From Thermoanaerobaculia bacterium (lineage in GTDB: Bacteria; Acidobacteriota; Thermoanaerobaculia; Multivoradales; JAGPDF01): a stretch of 64,000 nucleotides of DNA. Position numbers and translations under genes: made by a program. A model generated the notes under the pieces. It was given only the letters and a program-made list of their open reading frames with translations, had not been told where the DNA came from and made no database searches. Where the stretch lies: the NCBI GenBank assembly GCA_963712855.1, contig CAVQJN010000001.1:742747-806746 (forward strand). The letters are read 5' to 3'. This document shows positions 1-9,624 of the stretch, piece by piece. Position 1 is the stretch's first letter, and every line of letters starts with the position of its first letter.

Positions 1-1018
1 GCCGCTCAACATGCCGCCGCTCACGCCGACCGAGACGAAGCAACTCTGTTATTCGATTCTCACCGACAACCAGAAGCACCGCCTCGAAGAAACGCTCGAG
101 CTCGACCTCTCGTTCGGGATCAAGGGACTGGCGCGCTTTCGCGCCAACGTCTTCCACCAGCGCGGCGCCGTCTCCGGCGCCTTTCGACAGATTCCCTACG
201 AGATCCGCAGCTTCCGCGAGCTCGGCCTGCCGCAGATCGTGGAGAAGATCTGCGAGAAGCCGCGCGGCCTGGTGCTGGTGACGGGTCCGACCGGTTCCGG
301 CAAGTCGACGACGCTCGCCGCGATGATCGACAAGGTCAACCGGGAGCGCCACGAGCACATCGTCACCATCGAGGATCCGGTCGAGTACCTGCACAGTCAC
401 AAGAACTGCATCGTCAACCAGCGCGAGCTCCACGCCGACACCCACAGCTTCGCCAACGCCCTGCGTTCGGCGCTCCGCCAGGACCCCGACGTCGTGCTGA
501 TCGGCGAGATGCGCGACTTCGATACCGTGGAGTCGGCCTTGCGCATCGCCGAGACCGGACACCTCACTTTCGCAACCCTGCACACCAACTCGGCCGTGTC
601 GTCGCTCAACCGCATCATCGACATCTTCCCCGCCCACCAGCAATCGCAGATCCGAGTGCAGCTCTCGATGGTGCTGGAGGGAATCCTCTGCCAATCCCTG
701 CTGCCGAAGGCGAACGGCAAGGGCAGGGTGCTGGCGCTCGAGGTCATGATGCCCAACTCGGCGATCCGGAACCTGATTCGCGAGGACAAGGTGCACCAGA
801 TCTACGGCATGATGCAGACCGGACAAGCCAAGTACGGCATGCAGACCTTCAACCAGTCTCTCGCCTCGCTCTACTTCAAGCGCATGATCACCCTGCAAAC
901 GGCGCTCGGCCGATCCTCATACCAGGACGAGCTCCAAGATCTCATCGCGCGCGGGCCATCGGCGCTCAATCCGAACCTGGTCGAGGGACAGGGCGCGACG
1001 GTCGCCAACAGGAGCTGA
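1..1018 (+). CDS. pilT: Type IV pilus retraction ATPase PilT (5' partial, starts before window)
   Basis: Translation aligns with PilT from about residue 35 onward. Walker A GPTGSGKST, Asp-box/His-box region HEHIVTIEDPVEY and the AIRNLIRE motif are present. The ORF runs to the window start. Confidence 0.9.
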   Translation, partial: PLNMPPLTPTETKQLCYSILTDNQKHRLEETLELDLSFGIKGLARFRANVFHQRGAVSGAFRQIPYEIRSFRELGLPQIVEKICEKPRGLVLVTGPTGSGKSTTLAAMIDKVNRERHEHIVTIEDPVEYLHSHKNCIVNQRELHADTHSFANALRSALRQDPDVVLIGEMRDFDTVESALRIAETGHLTFATLHTNSAVSSLNRIIDIFPAHQQSQIRVQLSMVLEGILCQSLLPKANGKGRVLALEVMMPNSAIRNLIREDKVHQIYGMMQTGQAKYGMQTFNQSLASLYFKRMITLQTALGRSSYQDELQDLIARGPSALNPNLVEGQGATVANRS

Positions 1019-1022
1019 ACCG

Positions 1023-2228
1023 ATGCCGAGCTTCGTCTGGAAAGGGAAGAATCGCTTCGGCGCCTTCCAGGAAGGCGTGCTGATCGCCGACACCCGCGAC
1101 GCGGCGGCCGCCACCTTGCGCCGTCAGAACATCCAGGTCAACACGCTGCGCGAGAAGGGTCGCGAGATTCGGCTCATTCCGCGCATCCCCCGCAAGGTCA
1201 AGGCCAAGCAACTAGCGATCTTCACGCGTCAGTTTTCGGTCATGCTCGACGCCGGCCTGCCGCTCGTGCAGTGCCTGGAGATTCTCGGTGAGCAGGAAGA
1301 GAACAAGACCTTCGCGCAGATCATCAACCAGGTACGAACCGACATCGAGAGCGGAGCGTCGCTGGCCGATGCGATGGCGAAGCATCCTCGGACCTTCAGC
1401 AGTCTCTACACCAGCATGATCTCCGCCGGCGAGGCGGGCGGCATCCTGGACATCATCCTGCAGCGCCTCTCGATCTACATCGAAAAGGCGGTACGCCTGC
1501 AGACCCAGGTCAAGTCGGCCATGATCTACCCGGTCTCGGTGCTGCTCATCGCGTCGGGCGTCGTGTACATCATCTTGTGGAAGGTCATTCCGGTGTTCTC
1601 TCAGTTGTTCGCCGGTCTGGGAGCCGACCTGCCCGTCCTGACGCGCTTTGTCGTCGGTGCGTCGAATTTCATCGGACGCTTTGGCTGGCTGGTCGTCCTC
1701 GCCTTCATCGGCATCTTCATGTTGCTCCGGCGTTACTACCGCACCAAGAGCGGCCGCCACCTGATCGACGCCTTCATGCTCAAGGTTCCAGTCGTGGGCA
1801 TGCTGATCCGCAAGATCGCGGTGGCCCGTTTCTGCCGGACCCTGGCGACCCTGACCGCCTCGGGCGTGCCGATTCTCGAAGGTCTCGAGATCACGGCCCG
1901 CACGTCTGGAAACGCGATCATCGAGGACGCGATCATGGCGGTCCGCAAGGCGGTCGAGGAAGGCAAGACGATCTCCGGCCCACTCGCCGAGACCAAAGTC
2001 TTCCCGCCGATGGTGGTCCAGATGATCAACGTGGGCGAGCAGACCGGCGCCCTCGACCAGATGCTCTCCAAGATCGCCGACTTCTACGAGGAGGAGGTCG
2101 ACGTCGCGGTGGCCGGCCTCATGAAGCTGCTCGAACCCGTCATGATCGTGATTCTCGGCGGCATCATCGGCACCATCGTGACCGCGATGTATCTGCCGAT
2201 GTATTCGATCCTCTCCAAGATCGGGTGA
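1023..2228 (+). CDS. pilC: Type IV pilus assembly platform protein PilC (GspF/T2SS-F family)
   Basis: 401 aa with two T2SSF-type repeats and three TM segments; conserved FTRQFSVMLDAGLPLVQCLEIL and PMVVQMINVGEQTGALD motifs. Lies 5 bp after pilT. Confidence 0.9.
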   Translation: MPSFVWKGKNRFGAFQEGVLIADTRDAAAATLRRQNIQVNTLREKGREIRLIPRIPRKVKAKQLAIFTRQFSVMLDAGLPLVQCLEILGEQEENKTFAQIINQVRTDIESGASLADAMAKHPRTFSSLYTSMISAGEAGGILDIILQRLSIYIEKAVRLQTQVKSAMIYPVSVLLIASGVVYIILWKVIPVFSQLFAGLGADLPVLTRFVVGASNFIGRFGWLVVLAFIGIFMLLRRYYRTKSGRHLIDAFMLKVPVVGMLIRKIAVARFCRTLATLTASGVPILEGLEITARTSGNAIIEDAIMAVRKAVEEGKTISGPLAETKVFPPMVVQMINVGEQTGALDQMLSKIADFYEEEVDVAVAGLMKLLEPVMIVILGGIIGTIVTAMYLPMYSILSKIG

Positions 2229-2271
2229 GGTCGGTTCCCACCGAGGTCGCGACGCGAGTCGGCAGCCCGCA

Positions 2272-3988
2272 GTGCCACGCCAGGATCCCGGCGGCGCGTC
2301 CGCGCAGCTCGACTCGGCGGACCTGCGCCGACCGCGCGCCGGGCTCGAGCGCCGGCTCCGCTGGCTGATCGCCATCCGTCTGGTGGTGATCACGAGCTTC
2401 GTCTTTCCCTATCTGCTTTCCCAGCTCGCCAGCCCGACCGAACTGCCAACCTTCGATTTCCTCTTCCTGATCGCCGGCTTCACCTACGTCGTCAGCCTCG
2501 TCTACATCGCGTTGTTGCGCATCCTGCGCGGCCGCCTCGTTCAGCAGGCCTTCATCCAATTCTCCGGCGATCTGATCGTCGTCACCGGCCTCGTCTACTA
2601 CTTCGGCGGCATCGGCAGCCCCTTCTCGCTCTTCTACCTCGTCGTCATCATGGTGGCATCGACGATGTTGAGAAGGCGTTCGGGTCTCCTCGTCGCGACG
2701 GCGGCCTTCGTCCTCTACGCGAGTCTCATCATCGGCCTCGCCTACCACTACGTTCCCCCGGCCGGACCCAGCCTCTCGGCGGCCGAGATCGCCTGGCGCC
2801 TTCCCTACAACCTCGGCATCCACCTGTTCGGCTTCTATGCCGTCGCGTTCCTGACCTCGATCATCGCCGAGAACATGCGTCGGGCCGAGGAGGAGCTGGC
2901 GGAGAAGCGGGACAGCCTGGCGAACCTCGAGGCTTTCCACCACGACGTCGTGCAATCGATCTCCACGGGTCTCGTGACGAGCGACCTCGGGGGGCGGATC
3001 ACCTCGCTGAACCGCGCGGCGATCGAGATCCTGCGGCGCGGCGACGACGAGCTTCTGGGAGAGCCGCTCACGCGGATCGGCCTCTTCTCCACGGAGGAAT
3101 GGACTCAACTCGCGGCGCACGCCACCGAGATGGGCCGTACGTTGCGCACCGAAGCGGAGATCGATTGCGGCGGCGAAATCGTGCCCATCGGCTTCAACCT
3201 CTCGAGTCTCACCGACGCGAGTGGCGTTCCCACGGGCCACATCCTCCTCTTTCAAGATCTCTCGCAGTGGCGCCAGCTCGAACAGGAGCTGCGTCTCAAG
3301 GACCGCATGGCCGCGGTCGGCGAGCTCGCCGCCGGCCTCGCCCATGAAGTCGGCAACCCGCTGGCGGCGATCTCCGGTTCGGTGCAGCTGCTCTCGCAGA
3401 GCCCGGACTCGGACTCCTCTCAACACAAGCTGCTCGAGATCATTCTGCGTGAGAGCCAACGCCTCGACCGCACGATCAAGGGATTCCTGCGGTTCGCCAG
3501 GCCGCGCGAGCGCGCGACGGCCGCGTTCGACATCGCGGCGCTGTTGCGCGAGAACACCGAGCTGTTGCGCAATTCCGACGAGGCCACCCTACGTCACCGT
3601 TTCTCGCTCGACCTCGAGCCTCCTACCGCCCAGTTGGTCGGGGACCGCGACCAGATCAGCCAGATCTTCTGGAATCTGGCACGCAACGCCTTGCGCGCCA
3701 TGCCGGAAGGCGGTGACGCTCCTGATCCGCGGTCGCCTGGCGGACGCCGCGTACAGGGTCGAGTTTCGCGACACAGGACACGGCATGACCGCAGAGCAGC
3801 GCGCGCGACTCTTCCAGCCGTTTCGCTCCTTCTTCGATTCCGGAACCGGCATCGGCATGGCGATCGTCTACCGCATCGTCCAGGAACACGACGGTCGGCT
3901 CGACGTCGAGAGTGGCCCGGGAAGCGGCACCCGGATCGTGGTCGAGCTACCGTTGGGAAGACCGGCCGGCGTGGTGGCGGGAGCCTGA
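2272..3988 (+). CDS. pilS: PilS-like membrane sensor histidine kinase (frameshifted near 3715-3725 in this assembly)
   Basis: N-terminal multi-TM region, a PAS-like region, an H-box HEVGNPLAAISGSVQLL in the frame of ORF 2272, and a HATPase_c domain (EFRDTGHGM, DSGTGIGMAIV) in the frame of ORF 3221. The two frames join around 3715-3725 (...NALRAMPEGG / TLLIRGRLAD...). Located immediately upstream of the sigma54 regulator. Confidence 0.7.
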
Positions 3989-3991
3989 TCC

Positions 3992-5383
<1,392 letters not shown>

Positions 5384-5590
5384 GTTTCCTGCCGAGCGCT
5401 CGGGTCTTGGTCAGTCGCGCTCGGCACAGCGTCGGGAGCTCGATGGCGCGCCAACCGTAGCCCGACGTTCCGAGGAGCCTTCGCCCTCCGTCGAGGAGCG
5501 CGGACAACGCCGCAGCGGATGTCGCCGCCGTCAAGCGGCACGGCGTGGAATGGTGGCGCGAGCGCAGCCGGAGCGGGCTCGCGGGGAGAC

Positions 5591-5911
5591 TCAATCGTTG
5601 TCCGGACCCTTCGCAGGCGAGCTCGTCGTGGCCGGTTCGGCGGCCGGTTTCTTCTCGGGCGCCGAGTCCCCGGGACCGTCCGAGCCGGCAGGCGACGTGG
5701 ACTTGCCCTCGCTCGCCGGCGACGAGCCGCCCTTGCGCGCGTAGTCGGTGACGTACCAGCCGCTCCCCTTGAATTGAAAGGCCGGCGCCGAGACGAGCTT
5801 GTGCAACGCACCGCCGCACTGAGAGCAGGTCTCGAGCGGCGCGTCATTCAGCTTCTGCAGGAACTCGAACGTGCGGCCGCATGCTTCGCAACGATATTCG
5901 TAGAGGGGCAC
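5591..5911 (-). CDS. FmdB-family zinc-ribbon regulatory protein
   Basis: N-terminus [16 protein letters not shown]...CSQCGG is the FmdB/CxxC-x17-CxxC zinc ribbon, followed by a low-complexity tail. Start taken at GTG 5911. Confidence 0.55.
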   Translation of the reverse strand: MPLYEYRCEACGRTFEFLQKLNDAPLETCSQCGGALHKLVSAPAFQFKGSGWYVTDYARKGGSSPASEGKSTSPAGSDGPGDSAPEKKPAAEPATTSSPAKGPDND

Positions 5912-5927
5912 CTGACCTTCTTTCCTG

Positions 5928-6710
5928 TCAACCTTCCGAGCGGAGCCGAATCTTGATGCCGCCACTCGAGCTGTGATCCGGGGTCACCGTGGTCTTGCGG
6001 ATCAGACCGAGCACCGAGAAAGCATAGAGCAGGCGCGCGTTCTCCGAGGCGCTGAGCGGACCCTGCGTGCACAGGTCGTAGAGCGACCGCTGGCCGTCGA
6101 CCTGGGAAAGGAGACCGAACTCGAGCTCGTCCAGAGCCAGCTGGATCAGGTCCTCGTAGCGGTAGTGAGGCTCGTAGACGGCATCGCGCCCTCCCATGCG
6201 CTGGACCAGGGCCTTGGCGTTGGAAGCCCGCTTGACCCCTTGCAGGATGACCTGGCGCAGAGGGATCTGGATGCGCACGACGCCGGTCAGGTCGGGTTCG
6301 CCGAGCTCGAACGTCACCTCGCCCTCTTCCCAGGAGAAGAGGCTCCAGAGGATGGTCTCGATGTGTTCGCGGATCGCCTCGAAGACTTGGGCCGGCGAGA
6401 GCATGCCCTGTTCGATCAGGACCTCCCCGAGTCGCCGTTTGCCTTCGTCGCGTTTCGACATCGCGGTCTGAAACTGGCCGTCGCTGAGCCTTCCGGAACG
6501 ACGCAGATAGCCGCCCAGGGAGTCGGCCCGGTCGCTCGACGACGCGTGCACGACGTATCCGCTCTCGAGGAAGATCTTCTTCGAGAACTCGCCGCGAGCG
6601 GCCTCGACGACGCCGGAGACTCGGATCTGGTGGATGACCGCGAGCATCTCCGGGAGCGCGGTGTGACGGAGGTCGCCGCGGTACTGGTGGGTCCGTTCCG
6701 GTCGATTCAT
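5928..6710 (-). CDS. DUF4388 domain-containing protein
   Basis: N-terminal segment [48 protein letters not shown] matches the DUF4388 (PatA-like N-domain) pattern. 260 aa. Confidence 0.5.
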   Translation of the reverse strand: MNRPERTHQYRGDLRHTALPEMLAVIHQIRVSGVVEAARGEFSKKIFLESGYVVHASSSDRADSLGGYLRRSGRLSDGQFQTAMSKRDEGKRRLGEVLIEQGMLSPAQVFEAIREHIETILWSLFSWEEGEVTFELGEPDLTGVVRIQIPLRQVILQGVKRASNAKALVQRMGGRDAVYEPHYRYEDLIQLALDELEFGLLSQVDGQRSLYDLCTQGPLSASENARLLYAFSVLGLIRKTTVTPDHSSSGGIKIRLRSEG

Positions 6711-6765
6711 CCCGAAGCGATGATCCTACCCGACGCCGCCCCCGGGTTGCGAGCCGGGGGGCCGA

Positions 6766-7986
6766 GTGATAAACGGCTTGCTCATGTTGAGCCCCGAACG
6801 AGCATGGGAAGCCATCGAGGAGCTCCTCCAGCCCCTCTCCTCCGCCCCACTGGCGATTCGCGAGGCCCGCGCAAGCCGTCTCGCGTCCCCCATCGTCGCC
6901 ACGACCGAAGTGCCACCTTTCGACGCGGCCGCGCTCGACGGCTACGCATACTCCGGCGAGCGCTCGCCGGGCTCGATCCTGACCGTGGCGGGCGTGATCG
7001 CCGCCGGCGCCGCGCCCGGCCAACGGCTCGCCGCGGGAGAAGCGGTCCGGATCTTCACCGGAGCCCCGGTGCCCGAGGGCGCGGATCGAGTCGTCGGCGT
7101 GGAGAACACCGACGAACCGGCCCCCGGGACCTTCCGCCTGCTCGTACCTGCGGGCGCGGGGGCGGCGATCCGGCGACGCGCCGAGGTGATCGACGTGGGG
7201 CAGCCGCTTCTGGCGCCCGGCGACCGCCTGAGCTCCGCGGCGCTCGCGCTCCTCGCCAGTCAGGGGATCGACCGCATCGACGTGGTGCGTCGGCCCCGGG
7301 TCGCGGTTCTGGCCACCGGAGACGAGGTCGTGCCCGCTTCCGCCGTGCCCCGGCCAGGTCAGCTGCGCGACTCCCACACCGACTACCTCATGGCCGAGGG
7401 AATTCGGCTCGGCGCCGAGGTCGTGTCGCTCGACATCGCCGACGACGACCCTGAAGCGCTCGCGGAGCGAACCCGCGAGGGCCTTCGGACCTGTGACGTG
7501 CTACTGGTTTGCGGCGGCGTCTCGATGGGGGGCCGCGACCATACCCGGCAAGTTCTCGAGCAGCTCGGCGCCCGCACGGTCTTCCACGGCGTGGCGGTTC
7601 AACCCGGCAAGCCGCTTCTCTTCGCCCACCTTCCGGAGCGCTGGATCTTCGGCCTGCCCGGTAATCCGGCCTCGGTGATGGTGGCTTTTCGTCTCTTCGT
7701 CGAACCTGCTCTGGCGAGACTGGCCGGCGACGCCCGAGCCCGCTTTTGGGGAGACGCCAGGCCCGCCCTCCTGGCCGGCGGGCTGCCGGCCGGCAAGAGC
7801 CGCGACCGATTCGTTCCCGCGCGATTCCGCGAGTCGACCGCCGCCGGGGAGCTCCTCGAACCGCTCGCGGTGCGCGGCTCCCACGACCTGGCCACCTTCG
7901 CGCGCGCGGATCGCCTCTTGCGAATTCGCGCCGGCGAAGCGGCGCGGCCGGCCGGCGACGCGGTGGAAGCGCTGGATTGGACCTGA
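6766..7986 (+). CDS. moeA: Molybdopterin molybdenumtransferase MoeA
   Basis: 406 aa with the MoeA signature (AALDGYA..., GGVSMGGRD, GLPGNPASVMV). Confidence 0.85.
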   Translation: MINGLLMLSPERAWEAIEELLQPLSSAPLAIREARASRLASPIVATTEVPPFDAAALDGYAYSGERSPGSILTVAGVIAAGAAPGQRLAAGEAVRIFTGAPVPEGADRVVGVENTDEPAPGTFRLLVPAGAGAAIRRRAEVIDVGQPLLAPGDRLSSAALALLASQGIDRIDVVRRPRVAVLATGDEVVPASAVPRPGQLRDSHTDYLMAEGIRLGAEVVSLDIADDDPEALAERTREGLRTCDVLLVCGGVSMGGRDHTRQVLEQLGARTVFHGVAVQPGKPLLFAHLPERWIFGLPGNPASVMVAFRLFVEPALARLAGDARARFWGDARPALLAGGLPAGKSRDRFVPARFRESTAAGELLEPLAVRGSHDLATFARADRLLRIRAGEAARPAGDAVEALDWT

Positions 7987-8023
7987 GCCGCTTTCCCGGG
8001 CGCCCCGTCGTCTGAGCGAGAGT

Positions 8024-8123
8024 TGGCGGAAGCGCATGGGAATCGAACCCACCTCCGCCGCCCCTACGGGCACCGGACGACGGTTTTGAAGACCGTGGGA
8101 GGCACCAGCCCCCGCGCGCTTCC
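8024..8123 (-). tRNA. selC: tRNA-Sec (selenocysteine, anticodon UCA)
   Basis: Reverse complement reads GGAAGCGC-G-GGGGGC/TGGT/GCCTCC-C-ACGGT/CTTCAAA/ACCGT-long variable arm-GTGGG/TTCGATT/CCCAT-GCGCTTCC-G-CCA. This gives an 8-bp acceptor stem, 6-bp D stem, UCA anticodon in a 7-nt loop, long extra arm and encoded CCA. It closely parallels E. coli selC (GGAAGAUCG...CUUCAAA...GGUUCGA.UCC...CUUCCGCCA). Confidence 0.8.
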
Positions 8124-8168
8124 GTCGACGATCATAGCGAGGCGCCCATCCCGGCGGCGCGGTCGCGC

Positions 8169-8903
8169 TCAGGTCACCCGCGACAACATGCGCTCGGAGC
8201 CGATCACGCGGCTGTAGACGACGCCCACCCGGTACCAGTGCAGGAGAAACCCCTCGCGACCCGCCCGCAGCCACCAGGTGAGCGTTCCCGGTCGCGGCGG
8301 CGCGGCGAGAGCGGGTGAGCAGACGACGTCGAGCGCCAGCCCGCGGGCGAGCGCCCGCGCGCGGCCGATGTGGAGCGGATCGGAGACCAGGATGAGCGTC
8401 CGCAGCCCCTCCCGCCCCAGGGCCTCGCGAACGAAGAAGAGATTCTCCAGGGTGTGACGACTCCGGTCCTCGGTCCAGATCGCCTCGGCCGGAAGGCCTC
8501 GATCGATCAGCAGATCCCGGCCCGCGCTCGCCTCGCTCCGGCTCGCTGTGCCGGTCATCCCCCCCGACACGATCACCCGGGGGGCCCAACCGTCGCGCCA
8601 GAGGCTCGCCCCGTGCTCGAGACGCGCCCGATAGACCGGGCTCAGAGCATCGTCTCGCAGCTCTCTGCCGAGAATCAGCAGGGCGTCCGACCTCCGCAGC
8701 GGTTCACCGCTCGCCAGGCGCAGGATCTTTCGAGCCTGCCAGGCCACCGGCAGCCCGAGGCCAGCGACGCCGGTCGCGAAGGCGAGGAGAAGCGTGCTCA
8801 GGCCGCCCGGGCCGAGCTCCTCGAGAAAGGTCGAATTGCGACGCCGCGCGCCCGGCCCGGCGGCCTCCTTCCGTCGACGACCCGCGGCCGGCGTCCCGCT
8901 CAT
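8169..8903 (-). CDS. DUF218 (YdcF/ElyC-like) domain protein
   Basis: Core LLILGRELRDD...RVIVSGGMTG...HTLENLFFVREAL matches DUF218. Start assumed at the internal Met (MSGTPAAG). Confidence 0.55.
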   Translation of the reverse strand: MSGTPAAGRRRKEAAGPGARRRNSTFLEELGPGGLSTLLLAFATGVAGLGLPVAWQARKILRLASGEPLRRSDALLILGRELRDDALSPVYRARLEHGASLWRDGWAPRVIVSGGMTGTASRSEASAGRDLLIDRGLPAEAIWTEDRSRHTLENLFFVREALGREGLRTLILVSDPLHIGRARALARGLALDVVCSPALAAPPRPGTLTWWLRAGREGFLLHWYRVGVVYSRVIGSERMLSRVT

Positions 8904-9415
8904 GGGTGGAGCTTTCCGCCACGGTCCCGGTGGATCGAATGCGCTCGTGGCTCCCAACCGAATCGCGCGAGGTCGATCCGGCCGCCGGGCCCGAAGACGA
9001 CGCCCTCTTCCAGGAGCAAGAGCCGCTGCCGCGGCGCTCCGTCGAAGTCGCGTCGCGCGCTGATCTCACCTCGTGCGTTGACCACCCTCTGCCAAGGAAC
9101 GGACGTTCCCGCCGGCAGCGCGGCGAGCGCGTAGCCGACCTGGCGCGCCGCCCCCGGAAAACCCGCCAGGGCGGCCACCTGGCCGTAGGTGGCGACGCGG
9201 CCTCTCGGAATCGTCCGCACCACGGTCCAGATGCGACGCCAGCGCGACTCGTCGGACCCCGGCCGCCTCACCGCATCGGCTTCCGGCTTCGACTTCGGCG
9301 AGATCGATTGGACAGGAGAGGGCACGGCGGCCACCGTCGCGAGACCGGGCGATCCTGAGCCGGAGAGCCATGAACTGAGCGCCCCATCTCGAAGGCCCAC
9401 ACGGGCGCTCAGCAT
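8900..9415 (-). CDS. Alkyltransferase-like protein (ATL; MGMT-family DNA-binding domain lacking the active-site Cys)
   Basis: TIPRGRVATYGQVAALAGFPGAARQVGYALA...VPWQRVVNARGEIS: a Methyltransf_1N/DNA_binding_1 fold with PWQRV in place of the catalytic PCHRV. Start taken at Met 9415, since the upstream part of the long ORF is low-complexity. Confidence 0.6.
   Translation of the reverse strand: MLSARVGLRDGALSSWLSGSGSPGLATVAAVPSPVQSISPKSKPEADAVRRPGSDESRWRRIWTVVRTIPRGRVATYGQVAALAGFPGAARQVGYALAALPAGTSVPWQRVVNARGEISARRDFDGAPRQRLLLLEEGVVFGPGGRIDLARFGWEPRAHSIHRDRGGKLHP
9090..9255. repeat. Direct repeat partner (~165 bp) of 12795-12960, internal to the ATL gene
   Basis: Same >140-nt string in both places (…cgcgagcgcgtagccgacctggcgcgccgcccccggaaaacccgccagggcggccacctggccgtaggtggcgacgcggcctctcggaatcgtccgcaccacg…). 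Confidence 0.8.
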
Positions 9416-9624
9416 ATCGACTCCAGCGTCGAATCCCTTCACGCCGGACCCTCGCGTCGAGACGAGAGTGAAGAAGCTCGTGAGGAGGAGAAGAGAGTCA
9501 AGCCGAGGCCCGACTCCACGAGTTCTCGAAAGGGAGAGCGGAGTGGCCACCCAGAGAAATCGTGGACAGTAGACGTGCGCTCCGCTGAAACCTTTCGCGC
9601 CCGAATACGTTCTACAATGTAGAA

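Noticed and set aside
1212-3459. Long antisense ORFs (1212-2393, 2164-3459 minus strand) overlapping pilC and the kinase gene
   Set aside because: Low-complexity Arg/Asp/Gly-rich translations typical of off-frame ORFs in high-GC DNA. They overlap well-supported pilC and the kinase gene on the opposite strand.
8023-8217. 64-aa ORF MAEAHGNRTHLRRPYGH…
   Set aside because: It lies entirely over the tRNA-Sec gene on the opposite strand and has no coding signal.
5848-8589. Large ORFs 5848-7377 (-), 5973-7454 (+) and 7501-8589 (-)
   Set aside because: Low-complexity products. They overlap moeA, the DUF4388 gene, selC and the DUF218 gene, all of which have better support.
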